Shown one piece after another: positions 56,000-64,000 of a DNA stretch of 64,000 nt. Made by a program: the position numbers and the translations under genes. Under the pieces are notes generated by a model, which ran no database searches, had not been told where the DNA came from, and saw nothing but the letters and a program-made list of their open reading frames with translations. The DNA is from Planctomycetota bacterium (GTDB lineage Bacteria; Planctomycetota; GCA-002687715; CAIWVZ01). The DNA lies in contig JBGANV010000001.1 in the NCBI GenBank assembly GCA_044222185.1, positions 1,056,001 to 1,120,000 of the forward strand. The letters are read 5' to 3'. Every line of letters begins with the position of its first letter. The stretch's first letter is position 1.

Positions 56000-56467
56000 T
56001 CAATTCGTCGCCGCCTCGCGCGCCCTTGGCCGGTACTGAAAACCACGCTCCCGCCGGATTCGCGCGTACCGGTTGCGCTCCCACCGAGCGCGGCACGTCT
56101 TGCACTGGCGGAAACCCCGGCTGTTGATCTGCGTGTTGCCGCGCGTGAACTCGTGTCCGTGGGCGCAGTGGGTCTGGGCCGAGGCGCTCGTGGTAGGGCT
56201 CAGTCCGCGGCGGACGTTCTCGGTTGCCGAGACCAGCTCCATGTGCGCGACGTTCACGCAGCCCCGCTGACGGCAGAGGTGGTCAACCGTCATTCCCGCA
56301 GGAATCGAGCCGCGAAGATGCTCCCAGGCGACGCGGTGAACGAGCCTGGACCGACCGCAGCCGACACCGATCGTCCCGTAGCCCTTGGACTGCTTCGCGC
56401 CTGTGAAGAGGATGCAGCCGTCGGGGCCCGCCTCAGTCTTCGCCATCATCCGGTGGAAGGGGCTCAC
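56000..56467 (-). CDS. HNH endonuclease
   Basis: GYG...VHRVAW...VDHLC...CVNVAHMELVSATEN; C-terminal THCAHGH...CKTC. Confidence 0.9.
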   Translation of the reverse strand: MSPFHRMMAKTEAGPDGCILFTGAKQSKGYGTIGVGCGRSRLVHRVAWEHLRGSIPAGMTVDHLCRQRGCVNVAHMELVSATENVRRGLSPTTSASAQTHCAHGHEFTRGNTQINSRGFRQCKTCRARWERNRYARIRRERGFQYRPRAREAATN

Positions 56468-56706
56468 GCTTCGAACTCCGCAGTCGCGATCAGTCCGTTG
56501 ATCAGCAGGTCGCGGAACTCGTCGCGCGTGATCCCGAGCGTGGTGCACAGCCGGTCGACGCTTCGCTTGCGAGGCCAGCAGCCGCGATGTGCGAGGCAGA
56601 CGTCGGCCGGCGGAACCTTCGCGGCGCGGGCGAGGTCAGCGTCGAACGTGAAGCCCTTGTCCAGGCGAACCTGGCGCAAGGTCGGAGCCTTGATGGATAC
56701 AGCCAT
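56464..56706 (-). CDS. Cro-like XRE HTH protein, first gene of the early operon
   Basis: LRQVRLDKG...DLARAAKV...PRKRSVDRLCTTLGI. Confidence 0.75.
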   Translation of the reverse strand: MAVSIKAPTLRQVRLDKGFTFDADLARAAKVPPADVCLAHRGCWPRKRSVDRLCTTLGITRDEFRDLLINGLIATAEFEA

Positions 56707-56719
56707 GGCGCGTCTCGGG

Positions 56720-56761
56720 AAAAAACGCGCCGCCCCGCAGCGAGCCGGGTGGGACGGCGCG
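56720..56761 (-). terminator. Intrinsic terminator in the early leader, just upstream of cro
   Basis: CGCGCCGTCCC...GGGGCGGCGCG followed by TTTTTT. Confidence 0.75.
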
Positions 56762-56770
56762 CGGGATTGA

Positions 56771-56842
56771 TCAGTTCAGCCAGAAGCGGAGAGTGGGCCG
56801 AGACGGATCGGGTGCCCGAGACGGAATGTGGGCGGTGCGCAT
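56771..56842 (-). CDS. Putative leader peptide MRTAHIPSRAPDPSRPTLRFWLN
   Basis: GGAGAAAGAAAC before ATG; stop lies 9 nt before the terminator stem. Confidence 0.45.
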   Translation of the reverse strand: MRTAHIPSRAPDPSRPTLRFWLN

Positions 56843-56924
56843 GTTTCTTTCTCCGTCCGCGGCGATCGTTATCAGGCGACCATCGCGGCGTGTCGTGCGA
56901 GGGAAATCCTCGCTCACGACGGGG

Positions 56925-56966
56925 CGAACAGTACAAGCGTGTTCGGGTCGGTCAAGAACTTTTTTT
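56925..56966 (-). promoter_or_regulatory. Leftward sigma70-type early promoter with overlapping palindrome
   Basis: A7 tract, TTGACC (56950-56955), 16 bp, TACTGT (56928-56933); CGAACA-N9-TGTTCG overlaps the -10. Confidence 0.6.
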
Positions 56967-56990
56967 GAACGAAACTGGCGCGACGTGCGT

Positions 56991-57040
56991 GGTGATTCTT
57001 AATCACCGGGTCCCAGGTTCGAGTCCTGGCGCGGGCATCG
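56991..57040 (+). repeat. attR core (duplicated 3' half of tRNA-Lys)
   Basis: Identical to 11993-12042. Confidence 0.97.
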
Positions 57041-57065
57041 TCTCGACGGTCGACCCGGAAGCGCG

Positions 57066-57686
57066 TCACGCCCCGAGCGAGTCGACCAGTTCGCTCGCAT
57101 CCGACAGGATCTCGCGGGCGATCTCGTCCTGGGTCCGCGCGCCGTCGACGCGCCGGATTTCCGGTCCCTGCGCCGCGGCGAAGATCCGAGCGACCTCGGT
57201 CAGCGTGTCCGCGCGCTCGAAGGCATCGCTGCTGCCGGCGCCGCGTGTCGCGACCCGCCCCAGTCCCGAAGCGACGGGGATCTCGACGAGGTAGACGCGA
57301 TCGGGCCTGGGCGCGAAGGACTCGTTGACCGCTCGGATCGCATCCGGATCGATGCCGCGAGCTCCCTGGTACGCGACGCTCGAGAGGTAGTACCGGTCGA
57401 TGATGACGATCCGTCCCGCGGCGAGGGCCGGCGCAACGAGGCTCCGGACGTGCTCGCGTCGGTCTTCGAGGAAGGCCTCGACCTCCTCGCGGGGCTCGAG
57501 CCGGTTCGACTGCGCAGCGGTGCGGATCAGGCGCCCCCACGGCCCGTCGGTGGGCTCGCGCGTGAGGACCACGTCCAGGCCGCGGTCGCGAAGGGCCTCC
57601 GCCAGCCGACGCGCCTGCGTGGACTTGCCGGCACCGTCGATCCCTTCGAAGGTGATGAGGATTCCCCGCTTCAGACGGCCGACCAT
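57066..57686 (-). CDS. tmk: Thymidylate kinase
   Basis: ITFEGIDGAGKSTQ, TREP, IDRYYLSSVAYQG. Confidence 0.95.
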   Translation of the reverse strand: MVGRLKRGILITFEGIDGAGKSTQARRLAEALRDRGLDVVLTREPTDGPWGRLIRTAAQSNRLEPREEVEAFLEDRREHVRSLVAPALAAGRIVIIDRYYLSSVAYQGARGIDPDAIRAVNESFAPRPDRVYLVEIPVASGLGRVATRGAGSSDAFERADTLTEVARIFAAAQGPEIRRVDGARTQDEIAREILSDASELVDSLGA

Positions 57687-57912
57687 TGGATCGGAGGGTA
57701 CCCGCTTCGGCGATCCGGGCAAAAGCCCAAGCCGAAGCGCGCGAGCGTGAAGCCCGCGCCGGATGCCGCCGCCAGTCCCAATGACGCCTGGCAGCCGGAT
57801 CGTCGCGCGGACCACACAGCCCGTGCTCCGCGAGCTACAATCGCCGCCCGGTGCCTCATCCCGGTTGCTGCCATCTGTCGATGGATTCGGACGGAACTCC
57901 GCGGACACGATC

Positions 57913-59085
57913 ATGAAAAGGCCTGCATCGACGACGGGTTTCGTCGATGAGGTGGCGCTCGCGATGCCCGACTACGACGGCCGTGAATCGGAGGCTGTCG
58001 GGCAGGTGCTCGCGAGCGGACGGCTCGAGGGCGGTGGTGTGTGGCTCGATCGCTGCGAAAGCGAGCTCCGCGACCGCTTCCCCGGCTGGATCCCCCTCGT
58101 CACGACCTCCTGCACTCACGCCCTCGAGCTCATGCTCATGGCGCACGGAATCGGTCCAGGTGACGAGGTCATCGTTCCCGCGTTCACGTTCACCAGTACG
58201 GCGACGTGCGTGTTACGCCAGGGCGCCCGTCCCGTATTCGCCGACAGCCTGCCGAACCACCCCAACGTCGACCCTGCGGACATCCTGCGGCGCATCACTC
58301 CGCGGACGCGCGCGGTGATCACCGTGCACTACGGCGGAGTCGCCTGCGACCTGAGCCCGATCCGTTCGCACCTCGCCTCCCGCGGGATCCTCGAGTTCGA
58401 AGATGCCGCCCATGCATTCGGTTCGAGTTGGAATGGCAAGCCATGCGGGACGCTCGGTGCGGCCGCGTGCTTCTCGTTTCATGGGACGAAGAACATCACC
58501 TGTGGCGAGGGCGGAGCACTCCTCCTGCGCAATGGCGACACTGCGGACGTCGCGCTGGTCGGCCGCGAGATGGGAACGGACCGCGCGCTCTACCGCATGG
58601 GCCGCATCTTCCGCTACACCTGGCGCGCAGCGGGGTCGTCGTTCCTTCCGCCCGAGATCTCGATGGCAATCCTCTCCGTCCAGCTCAGCAAGTCCGCCGA
58701 GATCACGAGCCGGCGCCGCGCCTGTTTTGCCCGCTACGACGATGCCCTCGCAGGCCTCGAAGCCGAAGGGCGGCTCGTCCGGCCGCAGATCGACCGCGCC
58801 CGGATGGAGCACAACGCGCACATCTACTTCGTGCTGTTTCCTGACACGGCAACCCGAGCGGCGTGTCATGAGCGCATGCGGCGCGAGGGGATCAGCACGG
58901 CCGTTCACTACGACGCGCTGGATCGCACGCCATTCGGCCGGACGCTCTGCAATCCCGATCATCGCCCCTGCGTGAACGCAGCTGCGTTCTCGGATCGACT
59001 GCTCCGCCTCCCGATTCACTCCCGCCTCGATGAACGCGCCCAGGCCCGCGTCGTCGATGCGCTCACCCAGTCGTTGAGCGGATGA
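57913..59085 (+). CDS. DegT/DnrJ aminotransferase (WecE/RffA-like)
   Basis: TSCTHALE, VHYGGVACD, EDAAH, FSFHGTKNITCGEGG, LLRLP. Confidence 0.9.
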   Translation: MKRPASTTGFVDEVALAMPDYDGRESEAVGQVLASGRLEGGGVWLDRCESELRDRFPGWIPLVTTSCTHALELMLMAHGIGPGDEVIVPAFTFTSTATCVLRQGARPVFADSLPNHPNVDPADILRRITPRTRAVITVHYGGVACDLSPIRSHLASRGILEFEDAAHAFGSSWNGKPCGTLGAAACFSFHGTKNITCGEGGALLLRNGDTADVALVGREMGTDRALYRMGRIFRYTWRAAGSSFLPPEISMAILSVQLSKSAEITSRRRACFARYDDALAGLEAEGRLVRPQIDRARMEHNAHIYFVLFPDTATRAACHERMRREGISTAVHYDALDRTPFGRTLCNPDHRPCVNAAAFSDRLLRLPIHSRLDERAQARVVDALTQSLSG

Positions 59086-60404
59086 CCGACTTGCCGCCCA
59101 CGACCGAGGTTCCGGAGAGGTCCGTCGATCAGCGCAAGCCGACCCCGACCTCGGGCCGTCGTAGGACGCCCCGCGCGACGGATGCTCCTGCCGGGCTGTC
59201 GACGGCATTCCTCACGCAGCCGTCCGTGCAGGCGGTCCGCTTCCTCCAGAAACTGGTGCTCGTGAACTTCCTGCGACCACCGGAGCTCGGCGAGGCGAAT
59301 TTCGCGGGACTCGTCACCTTCGCATGGTCGCAAGCAGCCGCCTGGGGAATCGACCAGTTCGCCGTCGTCAGTCCGGAGTTCGGTTCGGGACTCGTCCGAT
59401 CGCTTCAGCGTCGCCTCGTCCAGGGCGGGTTGCTCGTCACCATGATCGCAGCCGCAGCCTCTTTCTCGGCCCCTCTCTTCGAAGGAAACGCCGAGCTGCG
59501 ATCCATGCTGCTCGCGCTCGCCCCGGTCGTGTTCATCTCCAACCTCGGAGTCATTCCCACCGCATTGCTGGTGCGCCACCAGAAGTACCGGCGGCTTTTC
59601 GCCGTGGACTTCGGCGCCGCAGCGCTGCAGGCGACCGCAACGATCCTGGCAGTGGAGCTCGGCATGGGTTCCTGGGCCGTGGTCGTGGGCTGGTACGTGA
59701 GCCAGATCGTCACGACGTTCGGGGCCATGGCACTGTCGCGAGACCTCGTTCCGCGCGACCCGGAGCCCGAACCCGACCTCACCCAGCCGTTGGCGACGGG
59801 CCGCCACTTCATGGGTGCGACGCTCTCCGCATTCGCGTCCGAGCGGTTCGACTCCGTCGTCGTCCGGAAGATGTTCGGCGCCGGTGCATTCGGCGCGTAC
59901 GACATGGCGCTGCACCTCTCGCAGTCGTTCGTCAACTACGCGGCGAACCTCGCCCAGCGCTTCCTGTTCCCGACTCTCGCCGCGGCGGCGCGGGCCGAGC
60001 GCAGAGAGAGCGTGCTGAAAGCACTGATTCCCAAGGCCCTGCTGCTCGTCGTACCTGCCTCCGGTCTTCTGGCCGTCTGCGCGAGCGTCTTCGTGACCAG
60101 GCAGTTCGACGGCGAATGGCTGTCGGTCAAGCCGATCGTCGTCGTCTCCTGCTTCACCGCCGGCGCGAGGTGCTTCGACCTGCTTGGAATGGCCGTGTTG
60201 AAGTCCTCCGGGCAGGCGCGGCCGGTCTTCTACCTCGAGATCCTCAAGTCCGTGGTCCTTGCCGTGGCGGTCGGGATCGGCCTGATGGGCGGCGTGATCG
60301 GCGTCGCGTACGCGGTCCTCAGCGCGCGGGCAGTCGGCGCGGCGATGACCTGGTACTCGGCGCGCCGGGTGACGAGTCTCCCGTCCGGCCTCGTCGAAAC
60401 GTGA
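59082..60404 (+). CDS. Wzx-like oligosaccharide flippase
   Basis: Multiple TMs; GMGSWAVVVG; lies between a sugar aminotransferase and a GT. Confidence 0.8.
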   Translation: MTDLPPTTEVPERSVDQRKPTPTSGRRRTPRATDAPAGLSTAFLTQPSVQAVRFLQKLVLVNFLRPPELGEANFAGLVTFAWSQAAAWGIDQFAVVSPEFGSGLVRSLQRRLVQGGLLVTMIAAAASFSAPLFEGNAELRSMLLALAPVVFISNLGVIPTALLVRHQKYRRLFAVDFGAAALQATATILAVELGMGSWAVVVGWYVSQIVTTFGAMALSRDLVPRDPEPEPDLTQPLATGRHFMGATLSAFASERFDSVVVRKMFGAGAFGAYDMALHLSQSFVNYAANLAQRFLFPTLAAAARAERRESVLKALIPKALLLVVPASGLLAVCASVFVTRQFDGEWLSVKPIVVVSCFTAGARCFDLLGMAVLKSSGQARPVFYLEILKSVVLAVAVGIGLMGGVIGVAYAVLSARAVGAAMTWYSARRVTSLPSGLVET

Positions 60405-61438
60405 ACGAACCCGGCGGCCGCGAAAGCACTCCGTTCCCCGGTCCACCTTCGGCGGACCGAGGCGACGATGGGACCGTCTCCGTGATCATTCCCACCTTCA
60501 ACGGAGGCGCCTTCATCCGGGAGACGATCGCCAGCGTCCTCGCTCAGACGTCGCCCCCGCTCGAGGTCATCGTCTGCGACGATGGTTCCACGGACGACAC
60601 GCCACGGCTCCTGCGCGGTCTGGACGCCCGCGTCCGCGTCCTGGAGCAGACGAACCGCGGAGTCTCTGCGGCGAGGAACCTCGGCGCGCATCACGCCACC
60701 GGACGATATCTCGCATTCCTGGATCACGACGACCTCTGGGAGCCCGACTTCCTCGCGACTCAGGTCGCCGCACTCCGGGCCGACCGTCGCCTTGGGCTCG
60801 TCTACTCCGATTCCTGGATCATCGACTCCAATGGGCGATCACACGGGACGCGATCACGGTTTCTCCAGTACCGAGACGGCAACGTCTTCCGAGATCTGCT
60901 GCGCGGGAACTTCATCCCCATCGAGACGATGCTGGTGCCGAGCGACGTCTTCCGCAGCATCGGCCGTTTCGACGAAACGTTGCGATACTGCGAGGACTTC
61001 GACCTCTGCCTGAGGATCACACGCCGCCATCCCGTCCGGTTCGATCGGCGCCCACTCGCCCGCTACCGCATCCACGACCGCAACCTCACCCACGATCGCG
61101 AAAAGCTCGTCGCCGAGTGGCTCCTGATTCTGCAACGGCTCGTGCAGGAGCCGGACCTCGCGGGCGCCGAGCGGATCATCGTCGGTGAGGAACTGGCGCG
61201 GCGACACCTGGATGCAGCCTGGCATGCCATGCGACGCGGCGACCTCGCGTCCGCCGACGCCGCCATCGCGCGCTCCCCGGGCGCGAGGGATCTCCGCCTC
61301 GCGGCGCGAGTGCGCGCCGCGAGGATCGCCCTCGGGATGGTTCCGTCAGGCTGGAGGTCGCGACTGATGCAGTGGTTGCCGCACAAGCGGACCTACGGCG
61401 TCCCCACCGCGCGCGATCGCCAACGCGCGACGCCATAG
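60401..61438 (+). CDS. Family 2 glycosyltransferase
   Basis: VSVIIPTFN, DDGSTD, GVSAARN, FLDHDD, EDFDL. Confidence 0.92.
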   Translation: MNEPGGRESTPFPGPPSADRGDDGTVSVIIPTFNGGAFIRETIASVLAQTSPPLEVIVCDDGSTDDTPRLLRGLDARVRVLEQTNRGVSAARNLGAHHATGRYLAFLDHDDLWEPDFLATQVAALRADRRLGLVYSDSWIIDSNGRSHGTRSRFLQYRDGNVFRDLLRGNFIPIETMLVPSDVFRSIGRFDETLRYCEDFDLCLRITRRHPVRFDRRPLARYRIHDRNLTHDREKLVAEWLLILQRLVQEPDLAGAERIIVGEELARRHLDAAWHAMRRGDLASADAAIARSPGARDLRLAARVRAARIALGMVPSGWRSRLMQWLPHKRTYGVPTARDRQRATP

Positions 61439-61460
61439 CTCCGCGCGCCGGCCGACGATC

Positions 61461-63245
61461 TCACAGTCCCCAGATGTTGAAGTGAGACGTCACGTTCGCG
61501 CCGAGCATCGGCGGCGTGTTGCACCAATGCGTCATCCCGGTCGCCGTCCCGTACGCATTCACCGTCCCCACGCCGAGGCGGAAATGCAGGCCGTTCGAGA
61601 CCTTCACCGCGTCGTTCGGGAACACCAACGGGTTGTACATCACGACCTGCGAGAAGTAGTCGACACCGTAGAGCGCCGGGTTGCTGGGCACTCCGAGCGT
61701 CGGGACGGATTCCAACGTCACGGGGAACCAGGCCGCCTGCAGGAAGTCGATGTAGAGCGTATCGCCCGTGCCCAGCGGGATGAACGCCGAGTTCGGCGAC
61801 ACGAGCAGGTAGCACTCGGCCACGGCGACCGTGAAGCTGCACGTGGTCGACAATCCCGTGTTGTCGATCGCGGTGAACACGAACACGTGGTTGCCGGACT
61901 GGGCGTTCGTCGGCGTCCAGTTGAGCGTCGTCGACACCGGGTTGCCAGTGGACGGGAGCGCGGGCGTGAGGGTCGCGCCCGTCGGCAGCGCACCCGACGT
62001 CAACGTCACCGTGCTTGCCGGGTCGACGTCCGACGCGGTCACCGTGACGGAGAACGGAACGCCGACGGACGCCATCAGCTGCCCACCACAGGGGGTCGGC
62101 GCGATGAAGGCGGGCGGCGTGCAGTTCCCCACCTGCAGCGTCACGTTCACCGTCGTGCTCTGCGGAGGACTGCCGTTGTCCGTCGCCGTGTAGCTCACCG
62201 TGTGCGGGCCGCATTGCACCAGCGTCGGGCAGAACGTGCACGTCGCGGTCGCCGCCTGACCGGGGCCACCGTTCTGGATCGTGCACGAGAAGTTCTGCAG
62301 ACCGTTGTCGTTGACTACGAGCGAGGTCGACTGTTGAACTTCCGGTGCGATGAACGAGACCGTGTAGGTCACGCAGGCGCCCGCATTCACGTTGACCGTG
62401 TTGCCCGCAGGCACGGTCGTCGCGATCGGCGGAAGGTTGTTGAACGTCGTGGCGGTCGTGAAGCAGATGGACCGGTTGTCGAGATAGGAAACGCCGTCGT
62501 TGTTGCCGCCGGGGCCGTCATAGTCGTTGCCGGCGTGATCGAAGCGACCGATCTGGAAGAAGTTCGTCCCGTCACCCTTGTTGGCTCCCACGGTCGCCGG
62601 CGTGCCGCCGAATCCGCCGACTCCGCCCGAGGCGCTGCCGGTCGTCCATTGCATGTCGTCGTAGCAGAAGCAGACGTTGTTGCCGATTCCCACCAGCGGG
62701 TCCAGTCCATCGGTGAGGATCAGTTCGAACGTGTTCAACTTGTCCGACTGGATGTTGTAGTACCCCACGTGATCCCAGATCACCGTGAACCGTCCAGGCT
62801 GCGCCTTGAAGTACACGACTCCGGAAGCGGCGGCGCGCGTATCCACGTCGCCCCAGAACGGGGCGATCATCGGGAACGCGTTCACGGGGAACCCGGACGA
62901 AGTGAACGTGCTGAACCCCGCACCGAACGACACGTTGCCGTTGTTGTTGATGAAGACCTCGGTGAACAACGTGCCGTAGAAGTCGAAGGCGAAACCGAGC
63001 GGGATCGGCCCGACGAAATCATCGTCGTTGCGCTGGCACGGGTCGGCCGCGCTGGCAGGGCCGTTTCCCTGCGGACCGTCGGCGCTGAACGAGACGACGC
63101 TGTAGGTCGCGTCCAGTGGGGCGCACAGCGTCGTTGCACCGAGCGGGCACGCCCCTGGCCCGTCGGGCGACGGATCATTCCCCTTCTGAGCGAAGCCGAC
63201 TGAGGTGAGTACGACGGCGAGACAAATCGCATGACGAAGCTGCAT
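61461..63245 (-). CDS. Secreted nidogen (NIDO)-like domain protein with Ig-like repeats
   Basis: Signal peptide; FINNNGNVSF, IAPFWGDVDTR, NTFELIL, MQWTTG. Confidence 0.82.
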   Translation of the reverse strand: MQLRHAICLAVVLTSVGFAQKGNDPSPDGPGACPLGATTLCAPLDATYSVVSFSADGPQGNGPASAADPCQRNDDDFVGPIPLGFAFDFYGTLFTEVFINNNGNVSFGAGFSTFTSSGFPVNAFPMIAPFWGDVDTRAAASGVVYFKAQPGRFTVIWDHVGYYNIQSDKLNTFELILTDGLDPLVGIGNNVCFCYDDMQWTTGSASGGVGGFGGTPATVGANKGDGTNFFQIGRFDHAGNDYDGPGGNNDGVSYLDNRSICFTTATTFNNLPPIATTVPAGNTVNVNAGACVTYTVSFIAPEVQQSTSLVVNDNGLQNFSCTIQNGGPGQAATATCTFCPTLVQCGPHTVSYTATDNGSPPQSTTVNVTLQVGNCTPPAFIAPTPCGGQLMASVGVPFSVTVTASDVDPASTVTLTSGALPTGATLTPALPSTGNPVSTTLNWTPTNAQSGNHVFVFTAIDNTGLSTTCSFTVAVAECYLLVSPNSAFIPLGTGDTLYIDFLQAAWFPVTLESVPTLGVPSNPALYGVDYFSQVVMYNPLVFPNDAVKVSNGLHFRLGVGTVNAYGTATGMTHWCNTPPMLGANVTSHFNIWGL

Positions 63246-63454
63246 GACGACCTCCGATCAGTCATGCCCACCCATCGCGGCGCCTCCGACATGGCAGGCG
63301 GATTCCAAGCATTCAATTCCTCGGCGCCGGGCCCAGAGTAGTCCCCAGTGCGACGGCGCGCCACTCACGGCCGAGGATGTGGCCGATCGACCCGCGCGGC
63401 TCCGGCGGCGGCGGGCATCGCGAGCCGGGAGCGGCGGCCGTCGAGCGATCCGAA

Positions 63455-64000
63455 TCAGCCGAACAATCGTCGGTACAGATCCGACTGCAAGCGGGATTCG
63501 GGGTCCAACCGCAGCTTCAAGCCTGCAAAGTCCTGAAATTCCTGGGGCGCAAACGCCCGCCGGACGGACGAGCGCAACAGGGTCGCATCCTTCGCGAAGT
63601 AGAAGCGACCACCGGCCCGGACGACGACCTCGTCGAAGCTGCGGCACAAGCGCCAGAGAGGACGCCGGTTCGCCCGGGTCACGCGAAAGTCCATCGCCAT
63701 CGAGTATCCGTCGACCGAGTGCGTGAGCACGTAGGGATCGCGGCGGTGCCGTTTGTAGACGAGCAGATACGGGACGATGCCCGCGTCCTGTGCACGTCGA
63801 ATGAGCTCGGAATGGACCTCCGCCGCCGTCTCCTTCGGAACGAAACTCTGGTATTGAATCAGTCCGCCCGGACCGAAGGCGAGTTTGTAGTTCGGGATGT
63901 AGTCGAGGAGAAAGGCGAACGCTGCGTGCGACTGGAGGTAGTTCTTCCCAATCCGTGCCTGCATCACGCCGGCGAGATCCTTCGCCTTGTTGATGACGCG
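63455..64000 (-). CDS. FAD-linked oxidoreductase, DprE1-like (C-terminal part, truncated by the window)
   Basis: GLIQYQSFVP, GYSMAMDF, GGRFYFAKD, KLRLDP..LQSDLYRRL. Confidence 0.82.
   Translation of the reverse strand, partial: RVINKAKDLAGVMQARIGKNYLQSHAAFAFLLDYIPNYKLAFGPGGLIQYQSFVPKETAAEVHSELIRRAQDAGIVPYLLVYKRHRRDPYVLTHSVDGYSMAMDFRVTRANRRPLWRLCRSFDEVVVRAGGRFYFAKDATLLRSSVRRAFAPQEFQDFAGLKLRLDPESRLQSDLYRRLFG

Larger units (their letters stand above)
11993..57040. mobile_element. Integrated temperate siphovirus-like prophage (~45 kb)
   Basis: att repeats in tRNA-Lys, adjacent tyrosine integrase, terminase-portal-scaffold-capsid-tail-tape measure order, RecT/RusA/replication genes. Confidence 0.96.

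Noticed and set aside
56991-57037. Second tRNA-Lys gene
   Set aside because: Only the 3' half is present; it is the attR duplication
56587-57294. Repressor ORF spanning att (integration-dependent immunity)
   Set aside because: Plus-strand ORFs crossing attR show no HTH or protein-like pattern
59324-61438. 704-aa GT fusion ORF
   Set aside because: The N-terminal extension is an off-frame overlap with the flippase; the real start is near 60401

Overview
GC-rich bacterial DNA. ECF sigma/Ser-Thr kinase pairing and large secreted proteins suggest a Planctomycetota host (inference). Host flanks: two tandem LamG/Gly-rich secreted paralogs, an ECF sigma factor, a TPR Ser/Thr kinase and four tRNAs on the left; tmk, a WecE/Wzx/GT2 polysaccharide cluster, a NIDO-type secreted protein and a partial FAD oxidase on the right. 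The centre is an apparently complete ~45 kb siphovirus-like prophage integrated in the 3' half of tRNA-Lys(CTT), bounded by a perfect 50-bp direct repeat (11993-12042 / 56991-57040). It carries an integrase, a cargo block, and tail, head, packaging, replication and recombination modules. Most notable: (i) I cannot recognise a CI repressor, but the early operon begins with a promoter, a structured leader, a 23-aa leader ORF and an intrinsic terminator; (ii) a ~520-nt non-coding, highly structured segment contains a 94-nt non-canonical tRNA-like cloverleaf whose anticodon-position arm is complementary to repeats in that leader, a candidate RNA-based lysis/lysogeny control; (iii) the same small beta-domain is inserted in both the major capsid and the tail tube protein. 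All product calls come from motif recognition by eye; no database searches or folding programs were run.
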